Source: Botryllus schlosseri
Lineage: Eukaryota
Reading direction: 5' to 3'
Assembly (NCBI GenBank): GCA_051294905.1
Contig: CM119378.1
Coordinates: 5,394,001-5,458,000, forward strand
DNA: 64,000 nucleotides
Shown here: positions 1-13,303 of the stretch, piece after piece
Layout: each line of letters starts with the position of its first letter
Numbering within the stretch: position 1 is the stretch's first letter
Notes under the pieces: model-generated
What the model was told of the DNA's origin: nothing
The model's input: only the letters and a program-made list of their open reading frames with translations
Database searches by the model: none
Made by a program: the position numbers and the translations under genes

Positions 1-312
1 TAAATTGCGCCTCGGGTCGATGTGAAATAGATTGAATCTTAATATTTAATCGTGTCAATTTGCAACTCACTCACGGACCCCTCATGGTCAACCAGTTCCC
101 TGAACTTTTAAGTGATTTAACCACCATAGACAGAAATCTAGTATCCTGCTTTCTATATACAATAGATAATATAATTCGAGAATTCTATTCCGCCCCCATA
201 TGTTTTGCTTGTTTCACAAATCCATATATTGTCGTGTGACATCTATTTGCAATTTCACCACTTTATTTATCTATAGAGGCCTGACTTCTTGTGAAAGACT
301 AATGTGTTTCAG

Positions 313-627
313 AGCAAACTCGCCACCGAGAAAGCTGTAAAACTGCGAAGCAAGAAGGTGCCTCTCCCGTTGATCAAGTCATCGACTCCGAAGTCCCTTG
401 CGCCAGGTTAGTCAAATGATGGTACAAACAAGCGTAGACTCTTCGCATTGACGCCTGTAAAGGTCCCGGGCTGATGTAAAGCGTTTAACTCTGATGGATA
501 TCAGATCTCTGCAATACTTGTGACTAGGTTAAGATATGATTTTTCATGCGTTCTGTAAGCGTTCGTGGTGCCCGTGGAAGCGTCCGAAGACGTACTCTTA
601 AAACTATACAACACGCGAGGGACAAAG
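313..627 (+). CDS. Two candidate internal exons (313-406, 560-627) of an unidentified gene entering from the left edge
   Basis: tttcAG|...GCGCCAG|GTtagt and ctgtaAG|...ACAAAG|GTaaga. The phases are compatible (G+CG) and give SKLATEKAVKLRSKKVPLPLIKSSTPKSLAPAFVVPVEASEDVLLKLYNTRGTK. No recognisable domain. Confidence 0.35.
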
Positions 628-1572
628 GTAAGAAATTTGAGGAATGCACAAAAAGATGCCTTGCTGTACCTACTGATAAAGTTCTACGACAAGAGAGACG
701 AATTAGGTGTCAGCGTATTTGTCTTCTTAAGGTTAATTACGGTAGTTGCATTAGCTGTGTTCAGACCGCGTAAAATATACTCTGTGTCTAATCAAGTTCA
801 CGGCAATACCTATACCGACAGAAACCCCTCAAGGCAAACATCCATCAAATGCTACAAACTCTGAAACACGTTTAACATGATCATACGCACACGCCGGGTA
901 ATTGATCCTCGGGGCCTGTCATTTGACAAATTTGACATCCACACTGAATTAGAACATGACCTCTGAAAGACGAAGCAAATGAGGCGTGCGTATTCGCCGC
1001 TATTGCGCATGTGCGGCCGATAATGTCAAATTCGACACGATGAGATGCATTGATAAAACACTGGCATCGTTGTAACGTTACAATGATTTTGTTGAGATCG
1101 ATGTACCTGCGTTGGTGGAACAATGTATTATCTGATGGGACAAGATACTGCAGTGTCACAGCCGGTTACGTCACTGATTCCAAGTTTGATGGCGTGTTCC
1201 ATGTCAAGCCACGAGACCCAGATGTTTTCGCGAAAGTCTGGTTTACATGGTGTTCTTTTTCGCCTGGAAAACAAACGTTTGCGTGATGTCGCATGATATC
1301 GCATCTAGAAGAGCTTCTCGGCTCAGCCTGGTAGCTTGAACGAGAGCAGGCAAAGGCTATAAATTCTTCCATGGGCAAGTATGTGTTGGATAATTCTGTT
1401 TGTCCGTAAAACTATCGAGACGACAGATTACCCGTTGTCGGGAGAGGACGTTCTTACACTTTCATTTGTGTGCCTTGGAGTCGATTTTGATCAAAATACG
1501 CCAAACAAGTCTGTGCCTACAGAAGGAGTTCGTGTACCATCTAAAAATAATACATTGAGCATAAGCGTGATA

Positions 1573-1690
1573 TTTGGTCTTACGATTGCTGCTATGCAAC
1601 GTTCTTTCCAATTCTCTACTGGTTGGTGACGATTACCCCTGACGAGTGTCAGCCGAAAGTATTCAAATTCATTTCAGTATGACATCTTGT
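1573..1690 (+). repeat. Dispersed ~165-bp repeat family A, copy
   Basis: Core ...TGACGATTACCCCTGACGAGTGTCAGCCGAAA...; other copies listed separately. Confidence 0.85.
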
Positions 1691-2498
1691 TCAAATTTTG
1701 TTTGGGAGCATCAGAAACTAACGTTAAATCGAAATGTAGTATGTCAGTTCGCGCATCCGTATGTATCAGATGTTTTTGAGCTTTTTAGCGGGAACCCTGG
1801 ATTTGATTTTGGGTTGCGTGGTTTGTGTACTAGTACGAGAAGATTTTTTGATTCCAACTACTCGGACACGGCACAATAACATCAACACGCATTGGAAGCA
1901 TAACCACGTAAAATGAAATCAGCTCAACTCAGCTGAACTAAGTTTAGGGCGTGGTAAACATCCAGCATGGTTGCAACTGATGAGATTTTACTACGTGAAG
2001 TTGCGGCAAAACAACAACGCTGAAAGTGACGTAAGGGACGCGCGTAACAACAAAATGCGATAATATCTGGAAACGCCACACTATTAATCATCAGCATTAA
2101 TTTCGACTTTACGTGGTCGCATAATGCTATTATCGATAATGTTGCAAAACTTTATTGAAGCTAAAATATAAAACACTTTGATTTTCATTTGCCTCTCACG
2201 GTACACTTAAAACTGGCCCGCGGGCCGCCAAGTGCTTCACGGACGCCAGGGACGCCAGTTAAATAACCCCTGATGTATTATATGGCTGTAATTTACGATT
2301 GTTCCATATATCGGATAGAGCGGTGCGTGGTGATTTAGTTCCCTTTGAACACTAGATGGTGTTTATGCGGACTGCTTTCGGTTTGCCTTTACATCATGAC
2401 TATTCATTCCATTCTGTACTGTGTGACACTAGCTTACTTTTTTATGTTTATAAAAGACTAGGAACCGATCGTATTGAGTTCTATCAAAGGGTACAACA

Positions 2499-2918
2499 CA
2501 GTGGTTCTCAATCTTAATCTTAGCGCGTACCACCTCGAGGTTCTATGATTTTCCTGCGTACTAACCAATTACTGAAAAATAGAGGATTATTAACATGAGT
2601 GGATTAGCAAATAAGTTGGCCCGGATATTTCGAAACAATGCGCCCCACGAGCTAATCCGCCCCTGATTTTATTAATAGCACACACTAATAAGGCAAAATT
2701 TGAAGTGATTACTGCAATCGTTTCTTTTTCACAATCTGATCTGGGCGGGGTGCAACTGAGTTGAATGACGTATAAAGTATATGCATTCGATGGAGACATT
2801 TTTTAATTAGAAAAAAATACATTAACGGTTTGTTAAAACGGTAGTTTTACTTAAAACGAATGCATTTGATGCGTACCAACTGAAATGACTTCGGTCACCA
2901 TTAAATTGAGAACCACTG
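2499..2918. mobile_element. Probable hAT-type MITE
   Basis: Inverted ends CAGTGGTTCTCAAT / ATTGAGAACCACTG; no clear TSD. Confidence 0.6.
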
Positions 2919-3664
2919 GGGTTGAGTAGTAAGTTCTTGCTTTTGGAAAATATAAGTCGTGAGTTGACTACTCTGTTCGCTAAAGCACGTTTGCTGGATG
3001 TTTCATATCGTGTGCGTATAACTTATTCGCATATCTATTTATATTAGTAAAATACAGTCTCTATACTTGACCACTGTACTGGAATTAGGGGCTGGCGCCT
3101 TATCGGCAAAGCGTGAAATGGTTTCGTAAATAAACCATTCCCAAAACTTTGAAAATTATTATAATTTGACTCGGGAGAATAAGTTTCGCGCAATTCATTC
3201 CCAGTTTCGGTGTTACAGCCCATTTGTCCGATACGTAGCCATACGCGCATCAACAAAAATTGTATCGATAGCAACAATGCGCGCATTGTCTCGTTTCGAG
3301 GGGGTGTGTAGGAGATAATCTCGCGGGGCCACGAGAATCATTTGCAAAAATCTCCGATGATTACCGTGTATAATGACGGAATTTTCATTACGTACGTCTG
3401 TAGTCTGCACGACATCTTCACGGCCGACTTGGCTTCAATTCGCTATCGCGCAAACTGTTTTTGTTGAGAAAATTGATCGCGGCGCCGTTATCACAAACGT
3501 TTCATCGACTGAATAGACCACCTTATTCAAATATAGACGACAGACGACTCCGATAACAGTACTCACGGTCGATCTCTTCAACTCGAGGCTGGGTTTAATG
3601 GCTGTGGCCTAGTTAGAATTACAATCTCGATCGGAATAATCTGACCGCAGCATTTCACACTTCG

Positions 3665-3835
3665 TTTTGCAACAGTGTTGTTGATATACAATGTTCTTTC
3701 CAATTCTTTACTAGTTGGTGACGATTACCCCTGACGAGTGTCAGCCGAAAATATTCGGGTTCATTTAAATATGAATGTACTATTTAATTGTATATTGAAG
3801 TTCCGTACCTCCAAGAAGCTCTTCAAACAGTGTTG
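3665..3835 (+). repeat. Repeat family A, full copy
   Basis: Core plus 3' GTACCTCCAAGAAGCTCTTCAAA. Confidence 0.9.
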
Positions 3836-6541
3836 CCATGTATGAGTGGGGGATTGGGATTGACTTCATTTCAATTACACCTCAACACGATTCACGACCA
3901 CACTCGATGTTATAGGGGATAGACCAGAGGATATCAACCTTTCAAAAATTTTGAAAAATCAATTATTCCCCTATTTACTTTTTGAACATTTAAAAATAAA
4001 AAATAGAAACGTATTTTCTTTCTTAAAAACTGGTTTATACAGTAATCGTGCAGTAGTTATGATGATAAAATAATATAAATGCAATACACAATAAACATGA
4101 TAGTGCATTAATTAGTTGTTGCATATGCAGTTAATGTGATGGTTGAGCTTATTTTTGCGCTATATCATAATTGCTGGTTTGGGGTGGAGGGAAGAAAGAA
4201 AACTCAAGATCAATCAACTATTACATTTTCATTTATTGCTTTTGTTATAGCGGAGTGGCTTTAAAGATGATATTTTTTTTAATCAAAATATTTCATTGGA
4301 TTATTGAAACAGAGTCGTGGTGCGCAGGGGAGCCATGACCACCAAGTTTTTAACCCGTGGGCTAGATATTGACTTCTTGGTCGGCTTGAGTGTAGGCCTA
4401 CATGCCGCAAAAACATCAGGCCCTATGGGGACGGATTTGTGGATATATTACAGCATTATGGCGAATTGCACTGATTCTACTGCAAAATCTTACATGCTAC
4501 TATGCGGAATACGCGAAGACAGAATCCCGTCATTTAAACGCTATGCACGTTGACGTCTTGGTTTAAGATGTAACCCATTGGAACGCATTAGTGGATATAT
4601 AGTCTGATATTCTAGGTACCCGCGCGAATTGCTCTGCAAAATCATCTAGAGTACTGTGCGGAACGATAGGCAGACACACACCCGTCTTTTGAACTATGCA
4701 CAAATTACACATACTATGTTCTTTGTCAACTGTCGTTCTACCTACCATTACGTAAGAAGTGAGATATAAACGCGATTTCGTACAGAAATTGTCGCATTTT
4801 GCAGATCAGCGGTGAATGTATAATAGGCTCGCTCTTTCCGATAGGAATCAATGCGTTCCGCCTCTTTACAGACCTTAACTTGGAATTACCGCATCCAGAA
4901 CCGAAGTGTGGTAATGCTATTACGGGCGTGTGAAGTTAGATAAATATCTTTCATTGACATGATGTAATGCCGCGCGCTTGCATTCTGTGTCAATTATACT
5001 CCAATGCACTCATCCCTCATTCTTTTGTGCGAGAGCAAATTCCTTGATGGGGCAGCCTGTCAGCTTGCCGGTATGCACGCAACTGTCTGTGATCGCTGAA
5101 ATAACAAGAGAGATATGCGATTCTTGATCAACAAGTCGGGCGCGTCATGGCCATAAGTATCCTCGCATGATAGCCATGGTTATCACAATGTCACACCTTC
5201 AAGTTAACCGTACATGACTCACGGCGTCATGTGTGTTGGCAAACATCATAGGTTAATTCCACGACAATGACTTACATTCCAAGGTACTCTTGCATGTAGG
5301 GATGCCGGTGGATCATGTATAAATTCAGGGTCGCGTCCTTTGAGAAGTCTTTGCCATCATTCCAATGGAATGACAACAAAGCTGTGTCCGGTTTGGATTG
5401 GAATTTTAGAGTATAGCGCTTCTACGCCGTCACGGAATTCGTCTGATTCGGAAAACACGATGCCATCTTATTTTGCAGTGCTTCTCAAACTTTTTGAGTT
5501 CGCCCGTATTATAGTAGTCAGCGTATGGTGTAACAATTCCTCCGGTTTCGGAATTTCATGCGATTTTTAATTCAATCACTGATTCTCGGACCATGTCTTA
5601 TTATATAGATATTGTTGTAGTGTTAACAAATTTTTAGCGACATTACATTTGAACTTCGCCTTAAATGAACCCTTTCTGATACCCTACTTGAAAAGATTTT
5701 ATATGGAGTACCTCCAAGGGCTTCACCATCTGTGTGATTGTCTCATGTTTCAAATTCCTGTCCGATACGCTGATAAATTATACGGCTACACGGCGCGGAT
5801 CGGCGCTGATATACGCCCAAAGTCTACAGCCCCGTAAATTTGCGAAAGCGGGAAATAACAAGGGGAGTCGAAAATATTGAATTAGTGTATTGTATCCATC
5901 AAACCTCCCGTCGCGTACTATCATAATAAAATATTATGGAATTGCTACTAGCTTGACTACGCTCACCGGGCGCCTAAAATATGACAATATCACACGAAAT
6001 TGGTGAGCTCATGTCAATAACGGGAAGATATGAATACTGACTGTACGCGGGAAGGTCCCAAATTTGTAATATCAAGCGACAGGCGGCGTAGTTTGAATTA
6101 TTACCGAAAATTCAAGATCGAATTACCTTATTCGCAACGCCACTTCGTATCTAGTGTATGGTCAAGTCTCTTGCTCATCGCAAGGTGGCGCAATATAGCG
6201 TGTGTTCGACTGCGAACAGGTCTCTCGTGTTCACTGTTCATTGGTGAATGCTGAGTTGAAATCCAAAGTATACCCTTTCCCCTCTCTCAAGGTCGGCACC
6301 CGTATAAAGGCACCTCCAAAGTCTGGCGCTCTGGCAACTGGTCACCGGTAGACAATGGACATATTTCATTCGGCCCATAGGCTCTGTCTTCAATGATATG
6401 GTTGGCAATGCCCCTATCCGAGAAATCTCGAAACACCGGGATGAGAAGCGCAACTTTAGAGAACGAATCCCCCGGAGGACATTTGCATAAAATAAACTGA
6501 TTATTTTGCAGTTACAATACTATTTTACAGTTAACTTATTT

Positions 6542-6712
6542 AAAGAGCGTCTTGGAGGTACAAAACTCCAATATACAATTGCATAGTACATTCATATTGA
6601 AACTATCCGACTATTTTTATCTGACACTCGTCATGAGTAATCGACAGCAAGTATAGTAGAGAATTGGAAAGAACATTGTATATCAACAATCGTATCACCA
6701 ATATTTAACTTG
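6542..6712 (-). repeat. Repeat family A, full copy
   Basis: Reverse complement of the consensus, ending ATCGTATCACCAA. Confidence 0.85.
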
Positions 6713-6842
6713 AATAATATTCTTCCCACATCAAGTAACGTACGCTGCCACGGCAAATCCTGATCTTATGACGTTACCCTCAATTATAATTTACAGATCT
6801 GCTTGAATTGGATGAACAGAACCTAATGCTACTTTCGAATAC

Positions 6843-7502
6843 TCCTCCTCGCCATCTGATCCGCGTAAGCCAGTGGTTGCCAACCGGTGGGGAATTCAAT
6901 GGTTTCTGGTGGCGAATAGACACCTTTGTTAAACATTATATGCAGGATAGTCTACATATTTACGGAGACACATGCGCGATTACCATTACCAGTTATCTGC
7001 TCTGGAATGTATGTATCGAAAATTATATTGCGTGTTGTTCACAAAAACTCATTTGTAACTATGTATAACCAATGATGGCTTCACAAACGTATCCAGTACG
7101 ACCAGTATGACGTGAAATAACGCTTTCGCTAAATTTCGAGTGTTACCAGTATCGGTTCACAATACGTTTTATGTTGCAGTTATAGGCGATTATATTGCGT
7201 ACTGGTGTGGTTGTGTGTCTTGTATACTCAAATATGCAATTAGCTGCCTCGAAACGACATAAGTTAGAAGGAAATACGACAATGGTTTTGGGTAGTGGGG
7301 AATGAAGACTCGGAATAAATCTGATGTGGGGAATGAAGACAAAAAGGTTGGGAACCACTGGCGTAAGCGGTGTCTTAAAAACGCTTGGAGGTGGTCCGTG
7401 CTACGAGTCGGCAGATACGGAATCGTATTGAAGAATATCGGCTGGGGTGTAAATGACCATTGACCATTGTAGTCGTAAAGCACCATGAACACTACAAAAC
7501 AA
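6843..7502 (+). mobile_element. SINE family D copy split by the 6871-7360 MITE
   Basis: ctcctcctcgccatctgatccgcgtaagc | gcgtaagcggtgtcttaaaa...caccatgaacactacaaaac. Confidence 0.75.
6871..7360. mobile_element. hAT-type MITE inserted into a SINE
   Basis: TIR CAGTGGTT(G/C)CCAACC; exact 8-bp TSD GCGTAAGC (6863-6870, 7361-7368); the flanks rejoin into the SINE consensus. Confidence 0.85.
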
Positions 7503-7978
7503 TATTAATATTTCCAGGTTTGGTTAGCTATCCCGAAAGTGTGAATCCAATCGCCGGTGGAACACCGCAAGAAAGTTTAGGACAGAATATTACCAACAGT
7601 ATTTCTCTGCGCTGGCCATGTCGTCATGTCTTATCTCTCCATATTAAGTTCTTAATCCTATTACCACATTTACACAATAATATTTCGTGTTATACTCGGA
7701 GTTGGCGCAGTCACGTTTCTTTTGCCTTCGTCGAAGGAGGCTTTTCGCGAAACGCGATACGCCGTCCAGCGTCATTGTGTTGTCTTCCCCTCTACACACA
7801 TTCGAAAAATGCCACTGTAAACTTGTTAACAATAGTACGCCAATGGTATGGATCCTTAAGCGAAACTCCGTCACGCACTGTTAATAAGTGTTTGTGATAT
7901 CCGCGTGTTAAACGTAAGCAATGTGGTGTTATTTACGGACTGGTTGTAATTTTCAAGTATTTTGGTAATGGTGTGATG

Positions 7979-8361
7979 CAGACATAGACAACTCTACTAT
8001 TCCATTTGTCCATTTTAGACTAATTAAAGCGAAATACCTGTAATGTAATTCTAATCCAATTTGTTAAATTCTAATTCTAACTTGATTTTTGAAATGTCTC
8101 AACACTCAAATATCAATTTTAATAACATTACTGATTCTCCTGAATAGTGCGAAACGAGCCAAGTTTGCTGTAAAACATTTGTCATGTTCATGCTTATGCA
8201 TATGACCTCTGATTTGATACGAACTGAACGTGATTCAATTTCTAAGTTTTCGCGAACCAAGTAATTCTAATCCTAATCTAATTTGGAAAAAACTGTGTAG
8301 CTATGATTCTAATTCTAATATAATTCAGAAAAGCTGAAAATGTTCTAGTTGTTGAAGTGCG
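7979..8361 (-). mobile_element. hAT-type MITE family B (~380-450 bp, AATTAG-rich), copy with intact TSD
   Basis: Ends resemble CAGACTTGGACAACTAG; exact 8-bp TSD GTGTGATG (7971-7978, 8362-8369). Confidence 0.8.
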
Positions 8362-9269
8362 GTGTGATGCGTGCAGACGTAGAGCGGTGGTAATTATCAT
8401 ACTGTTCAGGATAATGATCCGGATGAGCCCCGCGTCAGAGGTTTTTGCAATCGGCATGACGTCATTTGTTCTAGAAAAGGCGCAAGAAACATTCCATTTG
8501 CCTGCAGCAAAACCGCTGTGTTTACCGGCGATAGTACACAGCAATTTAAATCCGCGACCGATATCATTCAGTTAAAACACACGTTCATTGTAGGCGGCGT
8601 TGGCGGTCGCGATTGGTCGCACGGGGCTTATCGCGTTAAAGCGCGATTGTACACTATTGCGGTAAATGTTATCCGTGATAGATTGATAAGGGATTGCGAT
8701 CGTGTTGCATCATGGACCCGGATGCGCATTGCAATTGCAATTGGTGAACACGGGACGTTAACATCGGATCGTTGTCGACTTTCCCACCGGCTTGCCCAAT
8801 ATATCTACCTCAATTGCAAAGTTGCATGGACCCTTCCTTGTCCATTAATTAGAGAAACGCGACATTAGACTTTAAATTGCTTAAGGCATATGGAACGAAT
8901 TTTCCCCATCTTATCGTAATACACGGCTCACGGTCTACTTTGGACGTAGGCGTGCAACACAATGCTGCGACTGTTGTGCAAAACTGTTTGAAATCGGACT
9001 TGCTGACATTTCAATATGACCGCCTATTGTACACGTAAAATCAAGAAGACAACAGCGAATTTGAAGTTGAACTTTGGGGTTGCACACATTCGTCGATATT
9101 ACATTTCGCGTTCATTTTTGAAGGTTCATCAGTCCGCAAAATAGGTTTCGAAATTTTACCCGTCTCTAAGCTCGAAAAAGGTTGAGAACGACTGTTCCTA
9201 CCAATCAAGCTCAGGCCGCTGTTGCCATGATAGATGACTTGAACAATGCATGTCTTTCGCACTTACATC

Positions 9270-9485
9270 TGTGGCGAGATGACGGCTACGAGTCCGACCG
9301 TGGTGGACTCCAGAATCCCTTGCCGAGATTTCGAGATTTATCCATAGGCTCCTACTTGCCATCTGATCTTAAAAGAGCCTAGATGTGGCCCGCTATACGT
9401 AATCACAAATACAGAATATCGGCCTGATGTAATTGGCCATTGCAGGCAGTCGAAAACACTATGAATACCACAAACAGCAACAACA
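9270..9485 (+). mobile_element. SINE family D, diverged copy
   Basis: cgagtccgaccgtggtggactcc, taggctcctacttgcc, gaatatcggcctg, gtcgaaaacactatgaataccacaaac. Confidence 0.7.
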
Positions 9486-10857
9486 TAGCCCACATCTAGA
9501 TTTATATCTTGCATGTACTGTACATACATTTTGTAAATTCCTGTATAATAACACTAGAAGCCCATTGAATTTTTTGGGTTGCTTATATAGTGTTTTATAG
9601 TGCATTGATTTCACCAAAATAAATACCAATGCCACACATTTAACCACATAACTCCATTTCTGAGTGCTGTACACTGTACAGGGTACGGGGTGACATTCCA
9701 GAACAGTCGGGTTTGATACTGAGCCAACCAACAACATACTTGCTATATGATTCGCACCTTACCATTTTAGTAACCATTCCTTGGTATCTTTCTATGCCAA
9801 TTTGAAACCTTCATCGTACCAAACCTACGTCGCCGTAGCTATCTCCAATCGACAGTTATGGTAATAGTGACGCACGCACTTATTTCCTGTTGTCCGCCTG
9901 GTATCTGTGTTTTCACGTCGCAAGCTCAGAAAGAGGAGTTGAACCAGCATCTTAAATACCCTCCTACCCAAACACGCATTGTATGACCTTTTGACCAAAC
10001 AGTGGTCTCGACCCATTGTATGTACTTCGCGATAAATTACGTATTTACTATAAAATAACTCGAGTGATTTTTCAGAGGAGTATACCAGCGTCATATCATC
10101 ACTATATATGAGTACAATTGATAGGTGGGGCTTGTGGCTACCCTAGAATATCATCGGAATAATATACGTACGTACATAAATCAAGCACAGCGATATTTTA
10201 TGAAAGAGTTGTATACCCCTTAACGCCATAAAACATTCACAAAATCATAGCTATGGTTTTCGTTAGCTTCTGGGTTATAAAACCTCGGAATCAAGTGTTG
10301 CTTGCTCGAAATTGAAGCAGCCATCTTGTTTATCATTTCGAAGGATATCTGGAAGTTCCGTGTTTTTTTGTACTCCATGACACATTTCGTACATTTTATG
10401 GGCATTGATTGGTTCCAACGTAACTCCCTGTGCGGCTCGCTTTTGTACCGTTCCAGATTAACGACCTACACCTTCACACACTGTCGGGATTACGACATGA
10501 TCGAAATAGTTGCAATGTGAAACACTTTGAAAGTACCGGGATTCCCGATGATGCGTCTGGTCACCTGAACTTTCTTTGCCTCCTGGGTACGAAACTTTAT
10601 CGACTGTCCGATATAGAAGTTGCTGCTCTGTGTTATAGATCACGTCCACCACATCACCCTTAGTCATGGTATCAAATTGGAAATGATACGCGCAATACAA
10701 TGTACTTTTAGTTTCAATTTTCGTTGGGTAGTACAAAACCTTTTACGATCTGGAATATCGAGAAACCTAAATCCCTCACCCGTGAGTGTTGTGATATTTC
10801 ACCAACAACAGCACGACACAATATATTTTCAGAGAACCAAAATACATATCACTTTTC

Positions 10858-11060
10858 AAAAGCTTCTTGGAGGCACAGAGCTTCAATATACAATTGAATA
10901 GTATTATGCATAGTGAAATAAATCCGACTATTTTCGACTGACACTCGCCGGGGGTAATCGTAAGCAACAAAATTGGCAAGAACATTGTGACGATTACCCC
11001 TGAGGATTGTCAGCCGAAAGAATTCCGGTTTATTTCAATATGAATATACTATACACTTAT
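10858..11060. repeat. Repeat family A head-to-head pair (- copy ~10858-10988, + copy ~10989-11060)
   Basis: Minus core CTGACACTCGCCGGGGTAATCG abuts plus core TGACGATTACCCCTGAGGATTGTCAGCCG. Confidence 0.85.
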
Positions 11061-11642
11061 ATCACTATTCGCAGATCACCCCATTGTAAATGCGACGCGA
11101 TTGCAGAAATATGGGACAGGATTGTCGTGTATTTTGACCTATTTTACAACGAAAATCTCTACATTTGGAAGATTTGATCACCGTTAGGTTGGAATTAGCA
11201 TTCAGCATGTACTTTGCCGTTTGGGCACAGTTATGCTAAATGAAGCCATAGTATAATACAAACTACGATTGTAGGTAATCTGATACGAGGGTTACGATAA
11301 AATATCGCATGCTATTGTGTCGTAAACCTTATTTGTTGCACTCCAGGGTAAAAGGGTAATAAAACTACGATACTTGATATTCTTTGTTCAATTTTAAACT
11401 CATATATCTTGCTTTGTCAACGCGGTTTTGACTCCTTGCCAACCCGTCTTCAAGCCCCGTCGCTTTTTCGAGATGTTAAGGTGTCTTTGTCGTCAACGTG
11501 GTGTAAAATAATGGAAGCAATTCTAAATGTTTCCAAACTGTTTTCCCACATCATCAATGCTGAAAGAAGATGTGGTCAGTCACGAGGAGCTTCTACTTGT
11601 TTCGCAGTACTACTGACGCTTTTGTATACTTGTACTGGTTAC

Positions 11643-11790
11643 TAGAGGTCGGCCGATTACCGACTTGGCCGATTACCGACTTGGCCGATTTATTGAGGCC
11701 GATATTTGGAATTATCCTGATTATCGATATTTTATAACCAAATAGTTTCAAAAATTTTGAAAATTGAAAATTAACTATTATATTCCTATA
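11643..11790 (+). mobile_element. hAT-like left end with a 16-bp tandem repeat
   Basis: TAGAGGTCGGCCGATTA then GGCCGATTACCGACTT x2.5 (11651-11690). Confidence 0.45.
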
Positions 11791-13303
11791 CCTCAAAGAA
11801 CGGACTTACTCTACTACTTAACATGTTTTAGTTAGTGTGAGACAGACACACCAACTTTTTAATGATATTTTTTTAAAGTAGAGAGTAGTATTTGGTTGGG
11901 ATACGGTTGACCACTTTAATGGGTGAAACTAGGTGAAAATTTCGTACGTAATATGTCTTATTATAAAAATTTTGAGATCCATTTTTTCCAGCAGATTGGA
12001 GCAGGTTTAAAAATATTCCTCACAATTCACAACATTTCGTGTGTACGGGAAAAACAGGCACGGCAAATAACGTGTAGGTCAATTATGTTGGTTATTTCTG
12101 TATCTCCGTGGACGCATATAGACTTAATTTAAACATTTTATTACTACTCCTCAACACCACAAGTATGTTTAAATCATTGGAATACCTACTTCCGATCCTC
12201 AAATAGAGTTTGTTAAATTATCCTTAACTGTACTTTAATCTTTAATTAACCTTAGTAGGTGTAATGAAATCATCGATCGCGCATAGATCTGCGATTTCTA
12301 AGAACTTCATTGACCTTCTGGTGAAATAAGGTGCGGCGAGGTTGGTCTTTTAAACTGCAAGGCACGTACCTTTTCCTAAAATGTGTCGTGATCCGTTTCA
12401 ATATATTTTGGCATAAACTGTAGAAGTTGAATTCGTTGATGATGGCTCGTACACATAGTGTAAATTTATGAGCGTAAAGGAGAGATCGTCTTTGTACGCC
12501 GCATTCCAAAGCTTTGTGAAAGTGTAGTTTTGGGAAACTGATGTCATAATAATACACTATCGATGATGTACAACAGACTCCTTTCCTGTTCGCCCAGTTG
12601 ACAATCAACAGGCTACTTTTGGGCCCATCTGTCATATGGAACGCTATGAAACTCATTTCCTTATATACCTCTCCCCCTTTCGCTATTTTGTTGACACCGC
12701 CCTATTCTTTTTTCCATTACACTCCTTGTTTTTCTTCTGCGATGAGTAATCGGGTAAAATCTTCTCTTGAGACGTCTCGAATCATGAGGATTTGTAAAGT
12801 CCGAATGATTGTTTCGGGGAGGTGATGACGTGACGCGATGAAAAAGGCGAACCCTGATGCCACCTCCCTGCGATGTATAAGTCACAAATAAATTCTGAGA
12901 TGTTTTTGTCGAGATATAAGTGAAGTTACGTCACACATATGGGCAGTTCATGACCCTATTAAAGGATAAATCAGATTTATATGATACCATAGCGCGTCAT
13001 ATAATAATACAAAGATGTATAAACAACACAACGACAGATTCGCCATTTATAGAGACCGAGCATTAACCAAAACTAATATTGTTGCTATATCATATTGTAC
13101 ACTGTTTACATGAACAATACACTGTATAGTCATAAAAACCTTAGATGGTTTGGTTCAGAGATACAAAAATCCTGTCATGTATTTTCGCGTTGTGGGTAGC
13201 TTGAAAGGGTGCTGCAAGACGCCTTACAAGGCTACATCTGCTTCTTCCTTGTTCAGTGGCATATGCACATTGCATAACGTGCACTCACGGTATGCATATG
13301 CAC

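Noticed and set aside
2491-2926. TSD for the 2499-2918 element
   Set aside because: Flanks GTACAACA and GGGTTGAG do not match.
12370-12417. 48-bp minus-strand segment with good acceptor and donor
   Set aside because: I could not connect it in phase to any other candidate exon, and the peptide is uninformative.
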